Positions 27,696-39,894 of a stretch of DNA of 64,000 nt are shown here, in pieces. The position numbers and the translations under genes were made by a program. Numbering within the stretch: position 1 is the stretch's first letter; the number at the start of each line of letters is the position of its first letter. The notes below the pieces were generated by a model. That model was not told where the DNA came from and did no database searches. It worked only from the letters and a program-made list of their open reading frames with translations. Origin of the DNA: Eledone cirrhosa (lineage: Eukaryota); assembly GCA_964016885.1 (NCBI GenBank), contig OZ024743.1:104284001-104348000 (forward strand). The letters are read 5' to 3'.

Positions 27696-28061
27696 CAATG
27701 AAGTCTGATAATTTAGATGACCTAAATTATCCAACTGAACCAATTGACCAGTCAACCTGACTTCATTCCTCTGTCAGTGACCTACAGTTTCTTGGGAATT
27801 GTCAATATTTGCTTCATTCCTGCAGGAGAGGGGGGGGGTATCTTTGTGTGTGGGGAGAGTTCAGTGGTAAGGAGAGGAATACTTTACATTGTGTCAGAAA
27901 GGAGTGTGTGTGTTGGGGGTGGGTGGGGGGGGGGGGGGGGCTTGGGGTTGGGGTACTTTACATTGTTTATATTTGAGACAGAACAATAGTATGGAATTCT
28001 CTTTGAATGGGAATAGATTTTACTTGTTTGTCTATTGTATGTGTGTGAATAAATCTCTCCA

Positions 28062-28093
<32 letters not shown>

Positions 28094-28176
28094 AGTTTAT
28101 CTCAGGTTCAATCGAGGTAACCACAGTAAGTAAGGTATTCAATACATAGCAGAGTATAAATATTTAATATAGAAAT

Positions 28177-28227
28177 GGCTTCTACAGGACTAGAACTGTT
28201 TCATTCGAGAGAAATCATCAGGAAGCC
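28177..28227 (-). ncRNA. Type I hammerhead ribozyme (left arm of palindrome)
   Basis: ggcttc-CTGATGA-tttc tctc gaat-GAAA-cag ttctagtc ctg-TA-gaagcc. Confidence 0.9.
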
Positions 28228-28234
28228 GACAGTC

Positions 28235-28285
28235 GGCTTCCTGATGATTTCTTCCGAATGAAACAGCTCTAGTCCTGTAGAAGCC
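28235..28285 (+). ncRNA. Type I hammerhead ribozyme (right arm of palindrome)
   Basis: ggcttc-CTGATGA-tttc ttcc gaat-GAAA-cag ctctagtc ctg-TA-gaagcc: perfect 6-bp stem I, 4-bp stem III, GUA triplet. Confidence 0.9.
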
Positions 28286-28363
28286 ATTTATTTATATATG
28301 TATATATATATAAAATAAAGTAAAATAAATAAGTCAAATGTTTAAAATTTATCTTCGTTTATT

Positions 28364-28418
28364 ACTGATATATATATTTCGGTGACAGCCATCTTTGGCT
28401 GTGACCTCTTCAGGCAGT
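28364..28418 (-). ncRNA. Type I hammerhead ribozyme (another family)
   Basis: actgc-CTGAAGA-ggtcacagcca aaga tggctgtcacc-GAAA-tatata-TA-tcagt: 11-bp stem II with one mismatch; one stem I mismatch next to the core. Confidence 0.8.
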
Positions 28419-28581
28419 CCGAATTAGTGTGGTATAGACAATTGCATATGTTGTTGAGGTGCATAATTTTGTCAATACTCTGATATGCCCAGTTCCTGGT
28501 TGGGTTGTTATTTCACTGAGGAACTGGAATCATATATACATATATGCCTTCTTGTCTCTCTCTCTCTCGCTATATATATAT

Positions 28582-28940
28582 GGAGGCACATGGCTTATAT
28601 ATATATATATTAGTAGTTAGAGCATTGGCCTTGCAATCGAAAGGTTGTGAGTTCAATTCTCAGACCGGGTGATGTGTTGTTTCCTTGAGCAAGACACTTT
28701 ATTTCACATTGCTCCAGTTTACTCAGCTGTAGAAATGAGATGATAGGGACTGGGGTCCCTATCATTCCACTGCAAAGTGGTCGTGGAGGTGCCACGGCAA
28801 AAAAAGCACCCAGCACTCACTGTAAAATGAGGTTGGTGTTAGGAAGGGCATCTAGCTGTAGAAATCAAGCCAGAATCAGTTCCAGTCCCACCCTTGCAAG
28901 CAGGGAAAAGCGGACCTAAAATGATGATGATGATGATGAT
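28582..28940 (+). mobile_element. SINE family A, head interrupted by (TA)n
   Basis: ggaggcacatggct-(TA)n-tagtagttagagc...(gat)n. Confidence 0.88.
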
Positions 28941-29124
28941 ATTATATATATATATATATAATATATATAATATTTATAATATATATAATATATATAATAT
29001 ATATATATGATATATATAATATATATATATAATATATATAATATATATATATAATATATATTATATATATATATATATAATATATATTATATATATATAT
29101 ATATAATATATATAATATATATAA

Positions 29125-29312
29125 TTGTTTCTATATTAGGCACAAGGCCAGAAATTACCCAGTATATTACTGGTACTTTATTTTATCGACCCCGTAAGGA
29201 TGAAAGGCAAAGTTAACACCGGCGGGATTTGAACTCAGATCATAAAGGGACGTAACTCTATGCGTCAAAGCATGGCGTCCGACTCTCTACCGATACTGCC
29301 AAACCACCGCCT
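29125..29312 (-). mobile_element. SINE family B
   Basis: Reverse complement resembles 20600-20790. Confidence 0.85.
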
Positions 29313-29595
29313 TTATATATATATATAATATATATAATATATATTATATATATATATATAATATATATAATCATCATCATCATCAACGTTTAATGTCCAT
29401 ATATAATATATATATATATATAAATATATAATATATATGTATATATAATATATATAATATATATATATAATATATATATATAATATATATATATAATATA
29501 ATATATATATATATAATATATATATATAATATATATAATATATATATAATATATATAATATATATATATATATATATAATAATTATATATATATA

Positions 29596-29938
29596 TAATA
29601 CAGAGTACCCGACCTCCCATGGGTACAAGCTGAAGCATATAGACAATATGCCCCCACACCCCCAACCGCAAGGTGGTCGTGGAGGTGCCACGGCAAAAAA
29701 GCTCCCAGCCCACACTGTAAAGTGGACGTGTAGGCGCCACAAAAAAAGGACCCAGCACTCACTGTAAATGAGGTTGGTGTTAGGAAGGGCATCCAGCTGT
29801 AGAAATCAAGCCAAATCAGTTCCTGTATGAGCAAGACATGATCAGCCAACCAGACACTGCCCACAGCAAGACAACCGTCTAACCCATGCTAGCGTGGAAG
29901 AACGGACGTAAAACGGTGATGATGATGATGATGATGAT
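29596..29938 (+). mobile_element. 5'-truncated RTE 3' end
   Basis: Near-identical to the reverse complement of 39895-40237; sits in an AT microsatellite. Confidence 0.9.
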
Positions 29939-30559
29939 ATATAATATATATATATATAATATATATAATATATATATATATATATTCCTTCTTGTTTCTC
30001 TCTCTCACACACACACACTCATATAAATATATATAAATTTATAGTAAGAGATATGCTGGCAGCTGAAGTGTATGGTAAAGTTATATCTGTATGAATACAG
30101 AGCGTGTAACTGTAACTGCCCAAACACTTTGCTGAAGTCTTGGAAACACACCCACTCTATCATCATCATCGTTTAATGTCTAATTTCCATGCTAGCATGG
30201 GTTAGACGGGTTTGTCCCATTAGAGGTAAGTTGGGTCGCGTGACTGTGTCTCGCTCATATAAGATTGTTTCTGGTTAGATTTCTACGGCTGGATGCCCTA
30301 CCTAATACCAACCATATTTACAGAGTGTGCTTGGTGCTTTTTGCCGTGTCTCCTACACGACCACTTTACAATGTGGGTTCAATGTTTTTGTTATACCAAC
30401 ATAACTTTACAGAGTGAGGGTGGTGTGGGAAGAAGCGGGAGGGTGGTGTTAGGGTGTGGGGTGTATATAGTGGATTAAGAGGTGCCTACTGAGTGTATGT
30501 TTGAGTCCACGTGCAAGGGAAGGTGGATTTCTGTATTACTGCATAGCAGGCACTGTTAT

Positions 30560-31640
30560 CATTTAGAAAGATGAAGGATACCTTGTGGGCAGCTAAAGCC
30601 ACTGATCTGTAGGGTGCTGCTGATAAAAAGGACTCAAGGGACTTTTAAAATGGTCTGAAGGCAATATATGGTCTGAGTGAGAGCAGGTAAAATCCAGTTC
30701 TATCTTCTGCTGGTATAACCCTATACACAAAGCTGAGATACTGTCTCTTGATGGAAGGAACACTTTGAAAAGGTCCTAAATACTGAGTCAAATGTTGATG
30801 AAGATCTGATATCATCTATTCCAGAGGCCGGAGAGACCAGGATTAGCTTGAATGAAGTACAAGCCATTATCAAGCAACTGTCATCCAATAAAGCTCCTGG
30901 TAAAGATGGCATTCCACTTGAAATTTTCAAATATGGTGGTCAAAAACTGGTTTGTAAGCTTCTTCAGCTATTTCTGGAAATCTGGAAAGTCGGATATATA
31001 CTTTGAGTCTTCAGAGATGCATCTGTAATCTATCTCTTCAAGAACAAAGGTAAAAAAAATCTACCTGTAACAGCCCTCGCGGCATCTCCTTTCTCTGTAT
31101 TTCTGGTGAGGTACTTGCCCATGACATTCTCAACAACATTACAAACAGACATGTTGATGATATATACCCTGAAAATTAATGTGGTTCTCGCACAGATTGG
31201 GGTACTATTGATATGATTTTCTCCCTTCACCAGGTTGCAGAGAAGGCTCGTGGAAAGATCCAGGAACTGTTTATGGACTTTGTCAACTTGACCAAAGCCT
31301 TTGACACTGTCAATCACAAAGCTCTATGGAAAATCCTGAAAAAGCTTGACATACCTGACAATATGCTGAATGTTATCATGTCTTTTCATGAGGTCATGAG
31401 AGCATCAATTATGTCAAATGGTGAATGTTCTGAACCCTTTGGTGTCACAAATAATACAAAGCAGGATTGTGTCATAGTTCCTGTTCTCTTTGCTTTACTC
31501 TTCTCTGTAATACTCCAGTATACATTTGGTGACTTAGACACTGGTGTCAGATTATAATTTCATACATCTAGTGGGTTATTCAACCATCAGCATTTTAAGG
31601 CTAAAACACTTACATGAACAAGTGTTATTTGTTAAAATAT
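30560..31640 (+). mobile_element. RTE/BovB-like LINE RT fragment
   Basis: KAPGKDGIPLEIFKYGG; FVNLTKAFDTVNHKALWKILKKL; many disablements. Confidence 0.85.
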
Positions 31641-31758
31641 CCTTAAAAAATGAACTAAGAAGACTGTTGGACCCTCATATGTGGGGGATATACACTGGGA
31701 GAGTCCATCACACACACACACACACATACACACATATTCCTTTGGTATATAACTATTA

Positions 31759-31829
31759 TGCAATATACACCTGATGATGTCAACAGGTTCATACGTAACC
31801 TGGCCACTGAAATGTGCATAGTGTTTGCA
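31759..31829 (+). ncRNA. Type I hammerhead ribozyme
   Basis: tgcaatatacac-CTGATGA-tgtcaa caggtt catacgt aacctg gccact-GAAA-tgtgca-TA-gtgtttgca; base of stem II imperfect. Confidence 0.78.
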
Positions 31830-32051
31830 GAAATAAAAATTTGAAGGAATTCGACCTGTCAGGCCTCCTGTCATTTTACTCTAAAATAAAATATTTAACT
31901 CCGTTCCCGCACCACCAACAGGATTCAACATCAAAGATGGATGGGATGCGTAATGTTGAGTGCTTTCCTACTATTATATCATAGTTAACATTGCAGAATG
32001 ACCAATTCTACCCACTGGTGAACCACCAAATTTAAATGAATATATATATAT

Positions 32052-32293
32052 ATATAATAACATGAATAAAGATGCTGATGTTACATAAATCGTTATTCAT
32101 TATAATTATTTCAACGGTTCTCCCATGCAATCAAGATGTAATTCATGCATTTGTTGCTGTTATGAGAACGGTATCCTCATAACAGCAACAAATGTATGAA
32201 TTACATCCTGATTGCATGGGAGAACCGTTGAAATAATTATAATGAATAAAAAATTTATGTAACATAAGCATCTTTATTAATCTTATTATTATA
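32052..32293. repeat. ~240-bp palindrome with a decayed hammerhead in each arm
   Basis: Arms ~115 bp, 9-nt loop at 32167-32175; right arm reads cat-cctgatt...GAAA-taatta-TA-atg. Confidence 0.88.
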
Positions 32294-32550
32294 CCGAATC
32301 TCCATCGTAACTACAAACTACGAATGTTAAGAGCTTTCTCCTGCTTGCTCTTGTTTTTACCAAAACAATCTCTTCGGAGCATATATATATATACACTCAC
32401 ACATATATATCTACACACACATATATGTATAAATACATAGTTATCATTATCAACATCATCATGTTTAACAACCACTTTCTGCTAAAGACATGAAAGAAAG
32501 ATTTATATATGTACATACATATGTGAATATATATTATATATATATATGCA

Positions 32551-32613
<63 letters not shown>

Positions 32614-33300
32614 GCACATACATACTTATGTATGTATGTATGTATGTATGTATCTATATGCTACTGGTAACATGTATCCCAGTACAACCTGTCTCATGGT
32701 CGGGTCATTGGCGACTAAACTGGCAACCCCACCAAGGTTTCTTGGTGAGGAGGGTGACTTTGGACATCCTGCAGGACTAAAAACAAAACCTGTCAAAAGG
32801 CAAAGGAGCTCTTAAGAGTCAATGGCCATCCAAAATCACCGGGAGAGATGACCCCTTAGCCTTTGTCAAGGCAGAATTCTAGGAGAAGGGAAACTCTGAT
32901 ATAATACCTGCCACCCTGATGGTATCCAATGATGTTGACTTGTTCTTCTTTTTGGTAAATATCATCTTGGTTAAAAGAGTGGGACTGGCTTTGTGCAGTG
33001 CCTTTGCTCACTATAAAAGCTTCACGGCACAGGCATTGCTTTATATCTGGAGATCTCTCTGCACTTGTCACATGGTACCATGGGCCCAGCACTGTGTGTC
33101 AATAATTGTCACAAGTGTAGTGTTTGTACCAGAGTTTTCAAGTCGCTGGCTGGACTAAAAAGTCACACTCGTTCAGCGCATTGGTAGGGGTTCTCCTACA
33201 TGGATATAAAGTAGTGGCCGTACTCGAAAAGGAGTTGGCAGCCACCACCATATATATATATATACATGCACATACATACTTATGTATTTATTTATGTATG

Positions 33301-33339
<39 letters not shown>

Positions 33340-34329
33340 ATGTGTGTGTGTGTGTTAATTCTTATATTTGCATGCTATGTATCAGTCATCTACTACTACA
33401 TCTCGGAAAATAACTATGGGTGTGTGTGTGTGCATGTATGTGTGCATGTGTGTGATTGTGTTTTTGTGTGTGGTGCCATGTTTTCTATTTACATAGTTGA
33501 TTGTGACACGCTGTCACAACTAAAATGAATTATGTCTATATGCATGTGTGTATGTGTACATGTGTGTGAGTGTGCCCATGTATATATGTAGATGTGTCTG
33601 TAAATATGTATATGTATGTATGCAACAAAGTGGGATATGTAATGAGTGACTCAGTCTTGTGAATCAATCTTGCCTTAGTTTATAAGTATGTTTGTATTAT
33701 CATCATGGTGTTTTTCACTGCCGATATTACCATGCTGGCATGGGTCAGATGGGACTTTTTGAGGTAATGTTTTTCAGCCAGATACTCTTCCTAACACTAA
33801 CTCTTTTAATTGCTTCTCACAAGACACAAAGCTATGGTGTATATATTCTAAACTGGATATATACATGTGTGCACATATGTATGTGTCTCATTAGGTTACC
33901 ATTACCAGAGTAGGAGTAACATGAGAATCTACTCTCAACTAAAATGTCCCAAACATCTTGTGTCTTATATAGCCTCTGACAATAGAAGCCCAGCTCCTGG
34001 CCCTCCTGAAGCAGGGATATTTGTAACTGACAAGGAGAAGGAACAAAGATGAGTTTCTGGTGCCTTAAAACAATTGCTCTAGATAGACAGAACTCATCAG
34101 CTTTGGATGGCAGCCAGTCTATAAGGGTTACTTTGATTTCAAAACTGGGGTAGATGGGACTCCTCAGTGATAATTATGACAATTCATCTGTGCACAGGAA
34201 CTCAGAAAATACCCTGGTTAGAGTCGGGGCACATAGTATGTTCACTGGGAGTTACAGACACCAACATTTTCTATGACATTCTTCCAAGAAAGGGAAACTC
34301 TGAAGTGAAACCTCCAATTGATATGATTA

Positions 34330-34720
34330 TCAGTCATCATGCTTAGGCTTGTCATTAGATAATAATATGAATTCTTCTTATTAATAACTGAATTGTTTCT
34401 TTCCAGGTAAACTGACATCTGACTGTTCAAAGACTTCAAAAGTAACTAGTAACGAATTCTCTTGAAAATAGACAAGATTTGACATTGTGGTTTTATCAAG
34501 TATCTGCAGGAAAAGGGTTTAGTACCCAAGGGCATTCATGCTAACATGATTGCTACATTAGGAGATGATGCTCCAGCTTTATCAACTGTGCAAAAGTGGG
34601 CAGTTGAACTTAGGTCATCTTGAAGATGACCCAAGGTCTGAACATGCTGCAACTGCCACCCACCACTGAGAAAAACACTGATTGTGTTCCTCGTGTGGCA
34701 ATGGATGACAGGCGATTGAC
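34330..34720 (+). mobile_element. mariner transposase N-terminal fragment
   Basis: IHANMIATLGDDAPALSTVQKWAVEL...EDDPRS (HTH region). Confidence 0.78.
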
Positions 34721-34721
34721 T

Positions 34722-35080
34722 ATAAATCCTTATTCTAGCTACTATGCTCTCGAAGCACTCTCCTCCATTGCTAATTATATCATCTAGGTAGCAGAAACTA
34801 TCAACCACTTCTTTGGATCCTTCCTGGGATTGCAAAAGGTTTATATTATTTTTTATTTTATTATTATTATTGGCACTCTTACTATCAATTACTGCAATGC
34901 ATTTTTTACATACAAAGTCATCTCTTCCTGTTAGTCTGCCTGTTATCCTACTACACCTGTTGTGTACCTAAAATATACATTGTGTACAACATTTAGAGTT
35001 TACGCCTACTCCTTTTCTACATATCAAGCAAAGCCACTTCCCTGATGAGATCAGTGCCCTATCTTCTTTCCTGCTATGAA
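34722..35080 (-). mobile_element. RTE fragment (Zn-finger/YLG region)
   Basis: EVVDSFCYLDDIISNGGECFESIVARIRI, homologous to 14940-15030. Confidence 0.8.
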
Positions 35081-35230
35081 CATATATGATATTACAAGTA
35101 AGACCATTATTCTTCATAGTACTCTAAACAAAAGTATAAGCTTAGCTATTGGGCAAACAATCCCTATAATAATACACTATATGTGTGTTTATATATACAC
35201 ATATACATATATATACATATATACACATAG

Positions 35231-35286
<56 letters not shown>

Positions 35287-35290
<4 letters not shown>

Positions 35291-35552
35291 TCAGGGAAAT
35301 GGGAAAACTTGGTGTATGGAAGCAGTTAGAACAGCAAAATGCTGCCGAAGCTTTATTGGGTAAAATATTACCTTGAAGGACAGAGATCAGTGGCTAGATG
35401 TGAGTTGACTCGAAGGAAGAGATCTTCTCTATTTACCACATCTAGCCACTGATCTCTGTCCTCCAAGGTAATATTTTACTCAATGTCACTTCGGCGTCAT
35501 TTTGCTGTACTAACAGCTGCCATACGCCGAGTTTTCCCATTTCCCTGAGAAT
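35287..35552. repeat. Inverted repeat, ~116-bp diverged arms, 34-bp spacer, beside (TA)n
   Basis: attctcagggaaatgggaaaact...gctagatgtg / cacatctagc...agttttcccatttccctgagaat. Confidence 0.9.
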
Positions 35553-35592
35553 CCTTATACACTTGCGTCTCAAAACTCTATTTTCAAGTTAC

Positions 35593-35666
<74 letters not shown>

Positions 35667-35964
35667 ACACACACATATATATAAATATAAAGAGAGAATG
35701 AGAGAGTGAGATTGTGGGAGGAGTGGGTGGAAGATAAGACATACTACATGTAAAGAGATAGGTGTATATGTGTCTAACACATTAAGAGGTAAGTGGCCAG
35801 ATACCATTTCACCACTTATGATGTACAGTTATTTTGTAATCTTAAAACATATATATATGTGTGTGTGTGTGTAAGCATGTATGTATGTATATGCATATAT
35901 ATGTATATCAACATGCCATTATAGGCAGATAAATATGCTAACAGGTAGAACTGATATATGATGA

Positions 35965-36001
<37 letters not shown>

Positions 36002-36347
36002 CATGCCATCATCATTGGTGTTAGAGTCACATCTGGTAAACTTTGCTTATGGGTATTGTTTTCAAATAGATACATAACATACACATACAAACAGATGCAC
36101 ACACACAGACACAAATATATATGTATATATATATATATATATACTTACATACGTACATGCATATATACATACATAAATACATATGCACATTCAAAGATAT
36201 TTCTGTTTGCATGTCTGCTTATAATTATTAATGTACCCTTAGATGATGATGACACACCCTATCTATCTATATTATATATTTCACATACACACATACATGT
36301 CTGTGTATGTGTGGGCATATATAAGTGTATATGCATATATCTAGCAA

Positions 36348-36378
<31 letters not shown>

Positions 36379-36604
36379 AGAGAAGAGAGACAGAAAGAGA
36401 CAGAGTAAGAGAGAGAGAGAAAGATGCATAACTGGTCTAACCCATGGAAGCATGGAAAATAGATGTTAAAAGTAATGATGATGATGATAATGATGATACA
36501 GAGTACAAAGTATGAATTACTGTGAGTTGGGTGTGTAAACTGCACTATCTTGTTCTCTAAACCATCTTTCATAGGCTTAAAAGGAAATTGCTCTTGTGCT
36601 GCTG

Positions 36605-36915
36605 CACTCAACTATTCTTGCTTTTATGCTGCTCTACTCTGCCTGTTGAGTGTACTCAACTATTCCTGGCTCTTATGTTGCTCTATTCTGCCTGTTGAGT
36701 GTACTCAACTATTCCTGTTCCTAAGTTGCTCTACTCTGCCTGTTGAGTGTACTCAACTATTCTTGCTCTTATGTTGCTCTACTCTGCCTGTTGAGTGTAC
36801 TCAACTATTCCTGTTCCTAAGTTGCTCTACTCTGCCTGTTGAGTGTACTCAACTATTCCTGGCTCTTATGTTGCTCTACTGTGACTGTTGAGTATACTTG
36901 CTCTTATGTTGATCT
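36605..36915. repeat. ~48-bp minisatellite, about 6 copies
   Basis: ctgcctgttgagtgtactcaactattc recurs at 36639, 36688, 36736, 36784, 36832. Confidence 0.92.
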
Positions 36916-37069
36916 TCAGTGCAAGTTGAGTGCTCTGAACTCTCACATCTTATACACTGCAAGGTACTCTTCTTTTTAATCACGTCTGTATACTCCTCTC
37001 CCTCTCTCCATTCCCCCTCCCCTATTTCCTTATTCTATTTCCTTATTTTTCTTATCATTATCATTGTTA

Positions 37070-38170
37070 TGGATCTTTACGTTCTGAGTTCAAATCCTGC
37101 TCAGGTCACCTTTGCTTTTCATCCTTCCAAGAGCTGATAAAATATGGTACTAGTCTAATACTGGGGTCAATTTATTCAACTTTCTTTGCTCCCAAATTAT
37201 TGGCCTTGTGCTTAATGTTGAATCATTATTTCCAAATGTGGATGAATTTGTTAGAATCATTAGAATGTCAAACTGAATGTTTTGTGGCATTCTTTCCAGT
37301 TCTTTTCACTTTGATTTTAAACCCCATTAAGGTTGACTTTGCTTTCTTCCTTCTAAAGTTGATTAAATAATTGTTTCTACGTTAGGCACAAGGCCAGCAA
37401 TTACCCAGTGCATTACTGGTACTTTATTTTATCGACCCCGTTGATTAAATAATGTACTAAGGTTGATGTCCCAAAATTACTGGTCTTCTTCTTAAAGTAA
37501 AAATATTCTTATTATTATTGTCATTGTTTCCTGCCGAGGTTAGCTTTGCCTTTCATCTTTATGGGGTTGATAAAATAAAGTACCAGTTGAGTGCTGGGGG
37601 TCGATTTAATCGACTTTCCCCTCCCCCAAATTGTTGGCCTTGTGCCTATAGTAGAAATCATTATTATTGTCATTGCTGTCCAACCCTTGCTGGCAGGGAA
37701 AGTGGATATTAAATGATGATTATGATGATGAACAATATCAGTAAAACATTGGACAAAATGCTTTGGTGTATTTAGTTATGGTTTTTTAGGATTTTAGTTT
37801 GAATCCTGCAAAGGTAAAGTTTTCCTTGCCTCCTTCTGGGGTTGAAAAAAAAGTACCAGTTAAGTACTGGAGTCAATTCAATCGACTTTCCCCTTCCCTT
37901 CAAATTGTTGGTCTTGTGTCAAAAGTAGGAACAATTTTTATTATTATTGTTGTTTGAGACGGTCTATTGGCAGTATCGGCAGAGCATCAGACAGCATGCT
38001 TTGTGGCATATAGTTACGTCCTTTACATTCCGAGTTCAAATCCTATCGAAGTTAGCTTCGCATTTCATCCTTACGGGGTCAATAAAATAAAGCACCAGTC
38101 GATTTAATCAACTTTTGCCCTCCCCTAAAATTGTTGACCTTGTGCCAAAACTAGAAATAATAATAATTAT
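37070..38170. mobile_element. Cluster of SINE family B copies, one inverted
   Basis: Repeated gcctttcatcctt..ggggtcgataaaat..accag and ggccttgtgcc..aagtagaaac motifs. Confidence 0.8.
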
Positions 38171-39894
38171 TGTTGTTAGTGCAGTAGAATTATGAGCTAT
38201 ATATTAAGAGCTCACAATAGGAGATTAGAGCAATTGTCGAAACAAAAACAACATAAAAAACAACAAAAAAATAGTAGTAATAATTATGTAATAAAATATA
38301 TTAAAAAAATAAGCTTTGAAAAGTGGAAAATAAAAAAAGACTAAAAGTTATCCTGGATTAAGATCATAAGATTATTTTTCTTTGTAATCCCTTATAAACA
38401 TGACATTAAACAATGACCATGGTTTTAACTGTAAACAAAATAAAATATACTTTATTATTGTTTGACTGTTTCGGGTGACAATTATACAATAGGGTGTTGT
38501 AAGATATGGGAATAAAGTTGACTAAATTAATAAACAGGAAGAGAGGGAAGAAGAAAGAAGAAAATATCTAAAGAAAAAAAAAAGGGTAAATGTCAAATTC
38601 TACAGCTTTGGCTGGATGATATATCTCAGCTGCACCCTGTTGATAGGATGGCAAAAGCATTGCTGCAGAGAACAGCCAGCAAACCATGTTATCTCAGACA
38701 TTCCACCTCATGGGACTCCTTCCTCAGACAAGTTGCACTCTTCTCTGTTTAGCTGAGGAAAATGGCACTCCAGGGACTGCTTGTGTGTGTGTTTGTGTGT
38801 ATTTGGATGCATGTGCATGCATGTTTGTGTGCGTGTATGGGTGGGAGTTGGTGGGGGGGGGGGTATGTATGTGTCTATGTGTGTATGCGTGTGAAAACAA
38901 TATTGATCTCAACACTACAGAATTTATAAGATGTCATTTATGCAAACATGGAGAAACAGGCTTAGAAAGGATGATGATGATGATGATGATGACAGTGTTG
39001 GTGGTGGTGGTGATGATGATGGTGGCAGTAGGGACAATGATGGTGATGATGATGGTAGTGGCAATGATTGTGATAGTGACAGCAATGAAGATGATGATGG
39101 TTGTGATGTTGATAAAAGTGATGATGATGAAGATGATGGTGGTGATGATTATGATGATAGTGGTGATGATAATGGTGACAAAGGTAATGATGACAATAAC
39201 GATGATTAGAATTAGATACACATCATCATCAACTTTGAATATATTCTTTTTCAATTAATATTAATATTAACCTTGTCTATACCAAATCCTGTAGGCCCTT
39301 TGCTGTGTATCAGCTGGAGAAACAAGGTAGCAAGGAAGGTACACCAAAGACACATGAAACCCAACCCTTGTTTCTACAATACTAAGCTATTTGTTTGTTT
39401 TAAAGTGTTCATATTTATCTAAAAAAAACTTCCATCAGAATTTTCTATTAAACTGTTGTTATGTAATGCCCCAAATATCATCTTAATAATGAGAAAATTA
39501 GTTATATTATCAAGTCTGAGCTAATTCTTCAATATTAAAAAAATAAATTATTTGAATCACACAGGCATCATCATCATCATCTTTCAAAGGACCTCACTCA
39601 AAATCTGTGAGTCCACAACTCCACTGCCAGTATTCCTAATCCTGGATAGCTGTCATCAGGTCTTCTTTGGTAATCCCTGTGTCCTTGCTGATAATATACC
39701 CAAATATAATTTTCTTACTTCTACAGCCATGGTGTCAGGTATCCAGATAATAATCAATGACATAATGGCCTACAAACTGAACCTGCCTAGCTTTCACCAT
39801 TGAAAAGACAAGGCACAAGTTGCTATAAATTCGCTTTTTGTTGGATGCTTGTCTCCAGGAGATATTTTGTGCTTGCTTTAAATATCTTGTGTAT

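Noticed and set aside
28610-28665. tRNA gene
   Set aside because: SINE head continuing into SINE body and tail; no complete cloverleaf.
35042-35048. CTGATGA as a hammerhead core
   Set aside because: Lies within an RTE coding fragment; no GAAA or stems in place.
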